64,000 nucleotides of DNA from positions 16,285 to 80,284 of the forward strand of contig JACPFV010000003.1 of NCBI GenBank assembly GCA_016182805.1, written 5' to 3'. Numbering within the stretch: position 1 is the stretch's first letter; every line of letters begins with the position of its first letter. The position numbers were made by a program, and so were the translations under genes. The DNA comes from Gammaproteobacteria bacterium. Lineage in GTDB: Bacteria > Pseudomonadota > Gammaproteobacteria > Nevskiales > Nevskiaceae. This document shows positions 28,463-37,356 of this stretch, in pieces. The notes below the pieces were generated by a model. That model saw only the letters and a program-made list of their open reading frames with translations. It had not been told where the DNA came from and did not search any database.

Positions 28463-29246
28463 AAGGGATCAGCGCCTTGCGCTCGGCGGGATACTCCGGG
28501 AATTTGTCGCGGTACCACTTGTGCGTGGCGAACGCGCGCGGCACCAAGTTGCCGGCCGAGATCAGGAAGATCATCACGCCCGGCAGGCCCCAGGTCATCA
28601 GCGCGAAGCCGGCCCAGGCGATCAGCTCGCCCAGGTACTGCGGGCTGGACACGAAGCGGTAGCCGCCGCCGTACGGAATCCGGTAGTCGCCGCCGCCGGC
28701 CGCGAGCTTGGCCGGGTCGCGCAGGCTGCGCACCACCGCCTCGGAATGGACGATCAGGGCGAAGCCGCCGTAGTAGACGACCAGGCCCGCCAGGAAGCGC
28801 GGATCGCGGAACCAGTCGCCGGTAAGGTGCGTGCCGTACTCGGTGAACAGCGTGGCGTTGAGATAGGCGTGGATCGCCGTCACGAACATGCCGGCGCCCA
28901 CCACGGTGACGCTGAAGGTGCTGCGCCGGCCCTTGGCCACGCGCATGGACAGCGGAAAGAACCAGCCGCGGTTGCCGTAGTGGATCATCCACACCAGGCC
29001 CAGCACCAGCGGCATCGGCTCCCAGGCGCGCGGACCCTGCGCGAAGAACCAGACGAACACCACCGTCGCCGGGATCTCCATCAGCCACCAGCCGAGCTTG
29101 GGGTGCAGGTTCACGCCCATCCGGTCCGAGGCGAAACGGCCGTATGGGCTCGCCACGAACAGCGAGCCGACGATGGTGAACAGCGCAAAGCCGAAGCCGA
29201 TCGCGAGCACCGTGTCGTAGGTCGAATTGCCGGTGTACCAACTCAT
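28452..29246 (-). CDS. Membrane 3-oxo-5-alpha-steroid 4-dehydrogenase (steroid 5-alpha-reductase) family protein
   Basis: The protein is polytopic and hydrophobic. The C-terminal signature is YRIPYGGGYRFVSSPQYLGE...W......H.WY..KF..YP. ATG 29246 lies behind gggagcggg. Confidence 0.8.
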   Translation of the reverse strand: MSWYTGNSTYDTVLAIGFGFALFTIVGSLFVASPYGRFASDRMGVNLHPKLGWWLMEIPATVVFVWFFAQGPRAWEPMPLVLGLVWMIHYGNRGWFFPLSMRVAKGRRSTFSVTVVGAGMFVTAIHAYLNATLFTEYGTHLTGDWFRDPRFLAGLVVYYGGFALIVHSEAVVRSLRDPAKLAAGGGDYRIPYGGGYRFVSSPQYLGELIAWAGFALMTWGLPGVMIFLISAGNLVPRAFATHKWYRDKFPEYPAERKALIPYVA

Positions 29247-29286
29247 TTCGCCCGCTCCCGTTTGCCCATGGTCATCCGCATCTCCT

Positions 29287-31023
29287 TCACGCCGCGGCGG
29301 CGATCGTGGTCCCCGCCGAGGCGCGGCCAAGGTCCTGCGCCGCCAGGTACGCGAAGGTCATCGCCGGACCCAGCGTCGCGCCGGGGCCGGCGTACGTGCG
29401 CCCCATGACCGCCGCGGAGCAATTGCCCACGGCGTACAGGCCTTCGATGCGGCTGCCGTCCTCGCGCAATACGCGCGCGTGCTCGTCGGTGACGAGGCCG
29501 CCCTTGGTGCCGATCTCGCCGGCCTGGAGCTGCACGGCGTAGAACGGCGGCCTGGCGATGGGCGCGAGGCAGGGATTGGGCTTTACGCCGGGATCGCCGT
29601 AGTAGCGGTCGAAGGCGTTGTTGCCCTTGCCGTGCTCCGGGTCCACGCCGTCGGCGGCGTAGCGGTTCATCTTCGCCACCGTTTCGGCCAGCGCCGGCGC
29701 GTCCACGCCGATCTCGCGCGCCAGCGCGTCCAGCGAGTCCGCGCGCCAGTAGACCTTGCCCAGCCAGTCGCGCGGCAGGCGCGCGTCCGGCTGGATGCTG
29801 CCGGGCAGCATCGGTCCCATCGGGTACTTGCGGCGGAAGTCGGCGTCGAAGATCAGCCAGCACGGCACCGCGCCGCCGGACTTTTCGTGATCGCGGTACA
29901 TGGCGTAGACGATCTCGGTGTACGGCGCCGCCTCGTTGACGAAGCGCCGGCCCTGGCCGTCGACCATCACGCATCCGGGAAGCTGGCGCTCCATGAAGAT
30001 GCCGGTGGCGTTGCGCGCGCCCGGCGTCATGATCGACGGCGTGCCCCAGGTCAGGTTCATGAAGCCGAGCCTGGCGCCGAGCGCGCGCCCGGCGCGGATG
30101 CCGTCGCCGTGGTTGATGCCGGGCGCCACGGTCCATTCGGCCCGGGTCGGCTTGGGCAGGTACTGCTCGCGCATCGCCTGGTTGGACTCGAAACCGCCGC
30201 AGGCCAGCACCACGCCGCGCCGCGCGCGGATGCGCAGCGTCCTGCCGCGCTGGCCGGCCACCACGCCGGCGACGCGGCCGTTTTCCTCGACCGGCGAATC
30301 CAGGCCCGTCTCCAGCCACAACGGCACGCTGTTGCGCAGCATGGCGTAACGCAGCGAGGCGACCATCGCCTGGCCCAGCGTCTGGCGGCGGTCGCGCCAG
30401 GTCCTGCGGCGCCAGCCGAAGTCCAGCCAGTAGCGCAGCAGCATCTTCACCGTCAGCCACACCCAGCCGGGACCGCGGCACAGCAGCGTGTGCGCCTCGA
30501 CCTGGGTCATGGCGATGCGGCCCATGACCAGCGTGCCGCGGTACGGCTCGCGCTGGCGCTCGAACTCCGCTCCCAGCAGTGCGCCGTCGAACTCCGCCGG
30601 CTCCATCGTGCGGTAGCCCGGCTTGCCGCCGGGCCGGTCCGGAAAGTAGTCCGGGTACCGGGCCACCGACTCGAAGCGCACGCCGAAGGCCTGCGCCATG
30701 TGGCGCACCATCTCGCGCGCGTGGCGCACGTAGGCTTGCAGCCGCGTCTGCGGCACTTCCCCGCCGGTGAGATGGTTGAGATAGGTCAGCGCCTCGGCCT
30801 CGGAGTCGCTACCGCCGCGCGCGGCGATCTGGTCGTTGCAGGGAATCCAGATGCCGCCGCCGGACACCGCGCTGGTGCCGCCGTAGCGGTCGGACTTCTC
30901 CAGCACTACCGCCGACAGGCCGAGCTGCGCGGCGCACAGCGCCGCAGTCATGCCGCCGGCGCCGGAGCCGACCACGACCACGTCGAACTCGTGGTCCCAG
31001 GCGCCCGATGCGGTGCCGCTCAT
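29287..31023 (-). CDS. kstD: 3-oxosteroid 1-dehydrogenase
   Basis: The N-terminal block FDVVVVGSGAGGMTAA...EKSDRYGGTSAVSGGGIW and the C-terminal block GLYAVGN are typical of KstD. I trimmed to MSGTASG. Confidence 0.85.
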   Translation of the reverse strand: MSGTASGAWDHEFDVVVVGSGAGGMTAALCAAQLGLSAVVLEKSDRYGGTSAVSGGGIWIPCNDQIAARGGSDSEAEALTYLNHLTGGEVPQTRLQAYVRHAREMVRHMAQAFGVRFESVARYPDYFPDRPGGKPGYRTMEPAEFDGALLGAEFERQREPYRGTLVMGRIAMTQVEAHTLLCRGPGWVWLTVKMLLRYWLDFGWRRRTWRDRRQTLGQAMVASLRYAMLRNSVPLWLETGLDSPVEENGRVAGVVAGQRGRTLRIRARRGVVLACGGFESNQAMREQYLPKPTRAEWTVAPGINHGDGIRAGRALGARLGFMNLTWGTPSIMTPGARNATGIFMERQLPGCVMVDGQGRRFVNEAAPYTEIVYAMYRDHEKSGGAVPCWLIFDADFRRKYPMGPMLPGSIQPDARLPRDWLGKVYWRADSLDALAREIGVDAPALAETVAKMNRYAADGVDPEHGKGNNAFDRYYGDPGVKPNPCLAPIARPPFYAVQLQAGEIGTKGGLVTDEHARVLREDGSRIEGLYAVGNCSAAVMGRTYAGPGATLGPAMTFAYLAAQDLGRASAGTTIAAAA

Positions 31024-31087
31024 GGCAGGTGTTCCTCGCTTATCTTGAAAGTCCGCGCCATGGACGGCGCGGGTTTGAACAGGACGT

Positions 31088-32293
31088 TCAAATGAAGAAA
31101 TCCGTGTTGTCGCGGCCCAGCAGCACGCCGCCGTAGTTGCGCCCGAAGATATCCGGGTTGTTGGCGTAGTGCGCACGCGCCGCGTGGATGTCCAGGAAGT
31201 GTCGCACCAGCGGGAAGTCGGTGAAGATGCCGCGCCCGCCGCAGGCCGAGAACAGCGCGTAAGCGTGCCGCGCGCAGCGATCCACCACCTGCGCCGCCTG
31301 GAAGCGGTAGTGCAGGCGCTCGTCGATGTCGTTGAGCGGCTGGCCGCTGCGGATCCTGGCGGGCAGCGTGTCGAAATTGCGGTTCAGCACCAGCTTCATC
31401 TCATCGATCGCGACCGTGGCCTCGGCCACCGCGATCTGCGCCGGCCCCTGCTCGGCGGTCTTGGCGCCCATGTTGCCGGTCCAGGCCTTGCCCCAGTCGC
31501 GGAAGGCGTTGACCATGCCCTGCAGCGCGCCGATGGCGGCGCTGGACACCGCGCGCACGAAGATCTGGCCGAACGGCAGGTCGTACAGCGTGGAGGTGAA
31601 CTCGGCGCCGCCGGGGTTGGTGCCCATGAAGCCGTCGGTGGCCTTGTGCGTGCGGTACTCCGGCACGAAGGCGTCCTTCACCACGATGTCCTTGCTGCCG
31701 GTGCCCTTCAGCCCCATGACATGCCAGGTGTCGACGATCTCGAAGTCTTTCCGCGGCAGCAGGAAGGTGCGGTACTCGGGCGGGCTCTTGCCGTCCTCGG
31801 CGAAGATCAGGCCGCCGAGGAACACCCACTGGCAGTGGTCGATGCCGCTGGAGAAGCCCCAGCGGCCGCTGAACCTGAAGCCGCCGTCGACCTTCTTCAC
31901 CTGGCCCTTGGGCATGTAGGTCGACGCGATCAGAACGGACCGGTCGTGGCCCCAGACGTCTTCGGCCGCGCGCGGATCGAACAACGCGATCTGCCAGTTG
32001 TGCACGCCGATCACGCCGTAAATCCAGGCGGTGGACATGCAGCCTTGCGCGAGCGTCATGACGATCTCGTAGAACACCTGCGGGTCCATTTCGTGGCCGC
32101 CGTACTTCTTCGGCTTCAGCACCTCGAAGAGACCCGCCTTCTGCATGTCGGCCACCGATTCCGCCGGCACGCAGCGGTCCTGCTCGGCCTTCCTGGCGCG
32201 CTCGGCCAGCACCGGCACCAGTTCGCGGGCGCGCTGGACCAGGACTTCGCGGGTCACCAAGGAAGCGGTGTTCTGGCGTGGGGGGGTCTGCAC
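31088..32293 (-). CDS. hsaA: Flavin-dependent 3-HSA hydroxylase, oxygenase component
   Basis: The blocks GVIGVHNWQIALFDPRAAEDVWG, GRWGFSSG and GLKGTGSKDIVV align by eye with HsaA/TesA2. Confidence 0.85.
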   Translation of the reverse strand: MQTPPRQNTASLVTREVLVQRARELVPVLAERARKAEQDRCVPAESVADMQKAGLFEVLKPKKYGGHEMDPQVFYEIVMTLAQGCMSTAWIYGVIGVHNWQIALFDPRAAEDVWGHDRSVLIASTYMPKGQVKKVDGGFRFSGRWGFSSGIDHCQWVFLGGLIFAEDGKSPPEYRTFLLPRKDFEIVDTWHVMGLKGTGSKDIVVKDAFVPEYRTHKATDGFMGTNPGGAEFTSTLYDLPFGQIFVRAVSSAAIGALQGMVNAFRDWGKAWTGNMGAKTAEQGPAQIAVAEATVAIDEMKLVLNRNFDTLPARIRSGQPLNDIDERLHYRFQAAQVVDRCARHAYALFSACGGRGIFTDFPLVRHFLDIHAARAHYANNPDIFGRNYGGVLLGRDNTDFFI

Positions 32294-32372
32294 GGCGTTC
32301 TCCTGGCCTTGATGGCTATGACATTGACGTTTTCACAGAAAAGCCGCGTCCAAGCTTCGTCCAAAATGACTA

Positions 32373-32391
32373 GGGTGCGTATGGCGCACCC
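32373..32391 (-). terminator. Candidate intrinsic terminator after the GH5 gene
   Basis: The arms gggtgcg and cgcaccc form a 7-bp stem. On the minus strand the stem is followed by tagtcatttt. Confidence 0.45.
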
Positions 32392-32429
32392 TGTCCCGGT
32401 GGAGGCCCACATAGGGGCCGACACGGGGA

Positions 32430-33452
32430 CTAGAGCGGAGCGAGAGCCACGGAAACTTCCGCCGCACCGGCGAGGTTCTCCAGCAGCAGCGCCGGCGCGT
32501 CGGCTGCGGAGACCACGCGCGCACCCTGCACCTCGACGCGATAGCCCTTCGGGTAGTGCACGGCCAGCGGCACGAAGATTTCGGTCGGACCGCCGGCGGC
32601 GCGCGGCGTGTAGCGGTAGCGGAACTCGCCCGCCACCGGCACGAAGCCGGTCGGCGCGCCGGTGCCGCCGGACAGGAGTTGCGGCTCGAACCAGACCAGG
32701 TTGTGCGGATCGGCGCGTCGCACGCCGGCCAGGCCATGCTCCATGAAGGGCTGGATTTCGTCGCGGTCGGCGTCCGGGCAACCGACCGCCGGCGGGAAGA
32801 TGCAGCTCGGCCATTCCTGCCCGGACCACGGCTCGTTCAGCAGGTCGTAGCCCATGTGGTACGGCTGGTCCTTCCAGCGCGCCGCGACCGCGGTCCAGGC
32901 GTCGCGAAACCCGTCCCACACCGGCCCGCGCTCGGCCCAGAGCTTGTCGAACAGCTCGGAGACCTGCGGCGTGAAATAGTTGAACGGAAAGCCGAACTGC
33001 GGCGGCGGCAGCCCCTCGCCCTGGAACTGCGGCGACATCTGGTCCTGGTGGAAGTCGAACAGCATCCAGATGCGCTGCGCCGCCAGGAGCCGCACCACGC
33101 GGTCCCATTGCTCCAGGTAGGCGGGGTCGACCTCTCCCGCTTCCCGCGGCATGACGCCGGCCCACAAGGTGCCGATGCGCGCGCCGTTGAAGCCGTGCTG
33201 CGCCAGCCAGCGCGCGTCCGCCGCGGTGAAGCCGGCCGGCGTGTCGGGCGGCACGTGCGGCGCGGTCTTCCAGATCAGGTTCATGCCGTGCACCAGCACC
33301 ACGCGGCCCAGCGGGTCCACCAGCCAGGGACCCTCGCGGCGCAGCCGCGGCGCGTCGGTCGATGCGCGCGCGTCCGCCGGCGGCGGGGACTCCATGCAGC
33401 CCGCCGACGACAGGATTCCCAGCACCGCAAGACCGCATACGACCGGATTCAT
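32430..33452 (-). CDS. GH5-family glycoside hydrolase lipoprotein (endoglycoceramidase/cellulase-like)
   Basis: A lipobox LSSAGC is present. GH5 blocks are present: HGMNL, FNGARIG, DFHQD, LLNEPW (acid/base) and VWFEP (nucleophile). I trimmed this from a 969-aa fused frame. Confidence 0.8.
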   Translation of the reverse strand: MNPVVCGLAVLGILSSAGCMESPPPADARASTDAPRLRREGPWLVDPLGRVVLVHGMNLIWKTAPHVPPDTPAGFTAADARWLAQHGFNGARIGTLWAGVMPREAGEVDPAYLEQWDRVVRLLAAQRIWMLFDFHQDQMSPQFQGEGLPPPQFGFPFNYFTPQVSELFDKLWAERGPVWDGFRDAWTAVAARWKDQPYHMGYDLLNEPWSGQEWPSCIFPPAVGCPDADRDEIQPFMEHGLAGVRRADPHNLVWFEPQLLSGGTGAPTGFVPVAGEFRYRYTPRAAGGPTEIFVPLAVHYPKGYRVEVQGARVVSAADAPALLLENLAGAAEVSVALAPL

Positions 33453-33487
33453 CGGCGTTCCCGGAACGCAGGTTCGGCAGGATCGTG

Positions 33488-36292
33488 CTACGCGGCGGGA
33501 GTGCCGGCCTCGTCCGCCCGGCGTAGAGGACCGCGCATCAGGAACCGGCAGTACGCCGGGCACAGCAGCACCGCGCCCAGCATGTTGGCGCCGAACATGA
33601 ACACCAGCAGCAGGCCCATGTCGCGCTGGAACTGCAAGTCCGAGAACAGCCAGCTCGCCACGCCGCCGGCCAGGCACAGGCCGGTGAACAGCACCGCCTT
33701 GCCGGTGCGCCGCAGCGTCTCGTAGTACGCCTCGCGCAGCGGCAGGCCGCGGACGTGGACCTGCTCGTGCAGCACGTCGTAGATGTAGATGCCGTAATCC
33801 ACGCCCACGCCCACCGCCAGCGCCACCACCGGCAGCGTCGCCACCTTCAGGCCGATGCCGAAATACGCCATCAGCGCATTGGCGAAGATCGAGACCATGA
33901 ACAGCGGGATGCAGATCGCCAGCAGCGCGGCGACGGAGCGGTACGACAGGATCAGCAGCGCCGCGATCACGGCGTAGACCCACAGCACGGTCGGCAGCTC
34001 GGTCGCGCTCACCACCTCGTTGGTCGCGGCCATCACGCCGACGTTGCCGGACGCGATGGCGAAGTGGACCGGGCATTCGTCCGGCAGGGCCGCCCGCCCG
34101 GATTGCAGCGCCGCCTCGCGCTCCGCCAGCGCGCCGGCTTCCGGATCGGCGGCGATCCGCCGCTCCGTCCAGCCCTGCGCGCGCAACAGCGCCCTGCGCT
34201 CTTCGAGCCGCGCGTGGGCGACGCCGGCGTCGCGGCGCAGCTGCGTGCGCTCGTCGCAGGCCGCCGCCGCCGCTTGCGGATGATCCTCGTAGAACTCGCG
34301 CGCGTTGGCGGCGTTGAAGTCCTTGACCGCCCGCACGATGCGCGCGACGGTCGCGGCGCGATGGTCGGCGGTGAAGATCAGCACCGGCATGGCGCTGCAA
34401 TCCGGGTTGAGCAGCCCGGTATTGGTGTGGATGGCGTGGTTCACCATTGCCAGCACGTTCTGGTTGCGCGGCAGCACGCGCAGCTTGGGGCTCAGCTCCC
34501 ACAGCCCGGAATGAAACTGCTCGGCGACGGTGGTGAATGCCTTGACCGACTGCACGCCGGCGACGTTCTCCACATGCCAGGCGAAGCGGTCGATCTGGTC
34601 GAGCACGCCGAACTGCGCGCAGCCGCTGGGCTCCGTTTCCGCGACGATCTTGAGCAGGTCGGTGCCGATCGCGAAGCCGTCGACGATGGCGCGCACGTCG
34701 CGGTTGTAGACCGAGTCCGGCCGCAGCTCCGGCACGCCGGCCTGCGCGTCGCCGACGATGCGCCGGCCCTGGTAGCTCCAGGACAGCGCCAGCACGGCCA
34801 GCGAGAGGACCACCAGCCCCGCCGCCACCGGCGCCTCGGTAACGACCGAGACCGTACGCCACAGGCGGTCGCCGGCGTGCATCCGGCGCCGGCGGCGCGC
34901 GCGGAAGGCGGCGACGTCGGCCACGCCCAGGTGCGACAGCCACACCGGCATCATCGCCTTGTTGGTCACGATCACCGCGAACATGCCCAGGCAGGCGTGG
35001 GTGGACATCTCGCGGATGATCTCGATCGGCACCAGCTGCAAAGTGAGGAAGCCGGCGACATTGGTGACGAGCGCCACCGTGCCGGGGATGAACAGGCGCC
35101 GGAAGGTCTCGCGCGAGGCGTCGAAGCCGTCGCGGCCGTGCAGCACCTCGTCGGCCCAGGTGCTCACGTACTGCACGCCGTGGCTGGTGCTGACCGCCAG
35201 CACCAGGAACGGCACCAGGATCGCGAACGGGTCCAGGCCGTAGCCGAACGCGCGCAGCAGGCCGAACTCCCACACCACCGCGACTGCCGAGCAGGCCAGC
35301 GGCAGCAGGGCCAGCCGCAGGTCGCCCAGATACCACCACAGCGCCAGCATGGTGGCCAGCACCGTCAGCAGGAAGAAGCCGACCACCTCGGCGGTGGCGT
35401 CGGCGACGTCGCCCACCACCTTGGCGAAGCCGATGATGTGGACGTCCACGTCCGGGTTGTACTGCGGGTTCGGCTGGACTTCGAGCGCCAGCTCGCCGGC
35501 GCGAAGCTCGACGCGGGCGACCGAGCCGTCCGGCATCGCCCGCTCCGCCGCGAACGTCCTCAGCCAGCGGCTGGCGACGCCGCGCGCGCGGAACTCCTCG
35601 CCGACGACCTCGCCGGCCGCGAACGGCGGCCGCGCCTCCTTGAGGCGGTAGACATAGCGCGTGGGACTGGAGAAGCGCCGCCGCAGCTTGTCCTCAAGAT
35701 CCTCCGCCACGCGCGCATAGTCGGTGCGCCGGAACGTCGCGGGATCGCGCTCCAGCACCTCGGCCACGACCATGGCGCCGCGCTGGTCCTTGCCGACCAG
35801 CCGCCCGATTACGCCGGCCTTGCCGACGTTGGTGCGGATCAGCTCGAACATCTCCGGCGTCGGCGCGTATTCCGCCGGGATCACGTCCTCGGCGATGACG
35901 CCGCCGTCCACCACCTCGACGTAGCGCACGTCGCGCGTGAAGATCGACGACACGCGCGCGCGGTCGATGCCGGGCGTGAAGAAAACCTCCTCGGTCGCCG
36001 CCTTGAGCGTCGCCAGGAAGCGCTCGTCGTAGATCGTGCCGCCGCGGCGCACCAGCGCGATCAGCACGGTGTTGGCGCCGCCCAGCTCCTGCTGGTACTG
36101 GCGGAACACCTGCATGTACGCGTGCTCCAGCGGCAGCGACTTGTCGAAGCTCGCGTCGGGCCTGACCTGCACGGCGAGCGCGCCCAGCAGCAGCGTCGCC
36201 AGCACCAGGGTCAGGACGCAGGCGCGCCGCCCGGTGCGGCTGTACAGGACCGGCTCGACGACGGCCAGCAGGTCGCGCGCGGCGATCGGCAT
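33488..36292 (-). CDS. RND superfamily transporter, MMPL/HpnN-like (paralogue b, enlarged)
   Basis: It shares blocks with paralogues a and c (GANTVLIAL, GFAKVVGD, SGNVGVMAATNE, GVGVDYGIY). It carries two extra segments of ~70 aa (about 35450-35671 and 34070-34303). Confidence 0.9.
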   Translation of the reverse strand: MPIAARDLLAVVEPVLYSRTGRRACVLTLVLATLLLGALAVQVRPDASFDKSLPLEHAYMQVFRQYQQELGGANTVLIALVRRGGTIYDERFLATLKAATEEVFFTPGIDRARVSSIFTRDVRYVEVVDGGVIAEDVIPAEYAPTPEMFELIRTNVGKAGVIGRLVGKDQRGAMVVAEVLERDPATFRRTDYARVAEDLEDKLRRRFSSPTRYVYRLKEARPPFAAGEVVGEEFRARGVASRWLRTFAAERAMPDGSVARVELRAGELALEVQPNPQYNPDVDVHIIGFAKVVGDVADATAEVVGFFLLTVLATMLALWWYLGDLRLALLPLACSAVAVVWEFGLLRAFGYGLDPFAILVPFLVLAVSTSHGVQYVSTWADEVLHGRDGFDASRETFRRLFIPGTVALVTNVAGFLTLQLVPIEIIREMSTHACLGMFAVIVTNKAMMPVWLSHLGVADVAAFRARRRRRMHAGDRLWRTVSVVTEAPVAAGLVVLSLAVLALSWSYQGRRIVGDAQAGVPELRPDSVYNRDVRAIVDGFAIGTDLLKIVAETEPSGCAQFGVLDQIDRFAWHVENVAGVQSVKAFTTVAEQFHSGLWELSPKLRVLPRNQNVLAMVNHAIHTNTGLLNPDCSAMPVLIFTADHRAATVARIVRAVKDFNAANAREFYEDHPQAAAAACDERTQLRRDAGVAHARLEERRALLRAQGWTERRIAADPEAGALAEREAALQSGRAALPDECPVHFAIASGNVGVMAATNEVVSATELPTVLWVYAVIAALLILSYRSVAALLAICIPLFMVSIFANALMAYFGIGLKVATLPVVALAVGVGVDYGIYIYDVLHEQVHVRGLPLREAYYETLRRTGKAVLFTGLCLAGGVASWLFSDLQFQRDMGLLLVFMFGANMLGAVLLCPAYCRFLMRGPLRRADEAGTPAA

Positions 36293-36346
36293 GATTCGGG
36301 TTCCAGCGGCGTTCGCGCCAGTATGGAGGCCGGCGCGGGCGGCGCC

Positions 36347-37327
36347 TCATCCGCCTGGGCGAGAGCCTGCCATGCCGCAACCGCGCAGGAAGTAGTGCAC
36401 GTACCAGGCAGCGGCATCGAAGTCGAAGGCGACCGATTCGCCGGGGAACACCTCGCTGAAGCCCGCCGCCGGGGCGCCGAGCATTTCGGCGGCGGCGGCG
36501 CCGTCGATGCCCAGCACGCCGGCGTTCGGCTCCTGCCCCGGAAGCAGCGCGACGCCGTGCGCGGTGTCGCCGCTGCGGGTGTAGAGGACCGGCCGCGAAG
36601 GGCCGTCCGCCGGCCGCGGCAGCGGCCGCGGGCGGCCGTCCAGGTCGAAGGCGGCCAAGCCGATCCGCACACCGCCGCCGGCATCGCACCGGACCGCCAA
36701 GCGGTAGCGTCCCAGCGCGCTGGACGCCGTGCACTCCAGCGCATAGCGCGGCGCCCGCCCGAACAGCTCCGGCAGCTCGTCCACCACGCACAGCGAGGGA
36801 ATCTCGGCGCCGTCGCCGGCGAAGCTCCACGCCCCCGCGTAGCGCCGCGCCGCGGACGAACCCTCCAGGGCCACCAGGGCGGCGAGCAGAATCGCGCCGG
36901 CCAGCAGTCCTGCGCGGCCGGCCGGCGTGAGCCGATCCTCGACCCCGGCGCCGGGCGTGCGCAGCAGGCGCAGCACCGGTCGGTGCCTGCGCGCCGGCCG
37001 CGGCCGCTTGAGAAGGTACGGCGCCAGGCGCAGCTCGCGCAGCGCGGACCGCTCCGCCTCGGCGGCGGGATCGCTTTCCTCCACCAGCTGGCAGCCCAGC
37101 TCGTGCTTCCTGAGCACGCGCGCGATCCGTTGGGCCTCCTCCTCCGGCGTGCCGCGCGCAAGCACGGTGCGCTGGTCGCACATCAGCTGCGCCAGCCGCT
37201 CCGCGCCGGCGAACGGGAACATGCGCCGCAGGCGCTCGAACAGGTTGCGGTCGTTCGGCGGCGCCCAGCGCAGGCGCCCGGTGCGCCCGGTGAACACCAC
37301 GGTGAAAAGCCGCTCCGCCGCCGCCAT
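36347..37327 (-). CDS. Hypothetical single-pass membrane protein
   Basis: Third codon positions are strongly G/C-rich. There is one hydrophobic helix (AGLLAGAILLAALVAL). I recognised no family. Confidence 0.7.
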   Translation of the reverse strand: MAAAERLFTVVFTGRTGRLRWAPPNDRNLFERLRRMFPFAGAERLAQLMCDQRTVLARGTPEEEAQRIARVLRKHELGCQLVEESDPAAEAERSALRELRLAPYLLKRPRPARRHRPVLRLLRTPGAGVEDRLTPAGRAGLLAGAILLAALVALEGSSAARRYAGAWSFAGDGAEIPSLCVVDELPELFGRAPRYALECTASSALGRYRLAVRCDAGGGVRIGLAAFDLDGRPRPLPRPADGPSRPVLYTRSGDTAHGVALLPGQEPNAGVLGIDGAAAAEMLGAPAAGFSEVFPGESVAFDFDAAAWYVHYFLRGCGMAGSRPGG

Positions 37328-37356
37328 GCCGCCGCCCGATCCGCGCGCGGCCGCGC

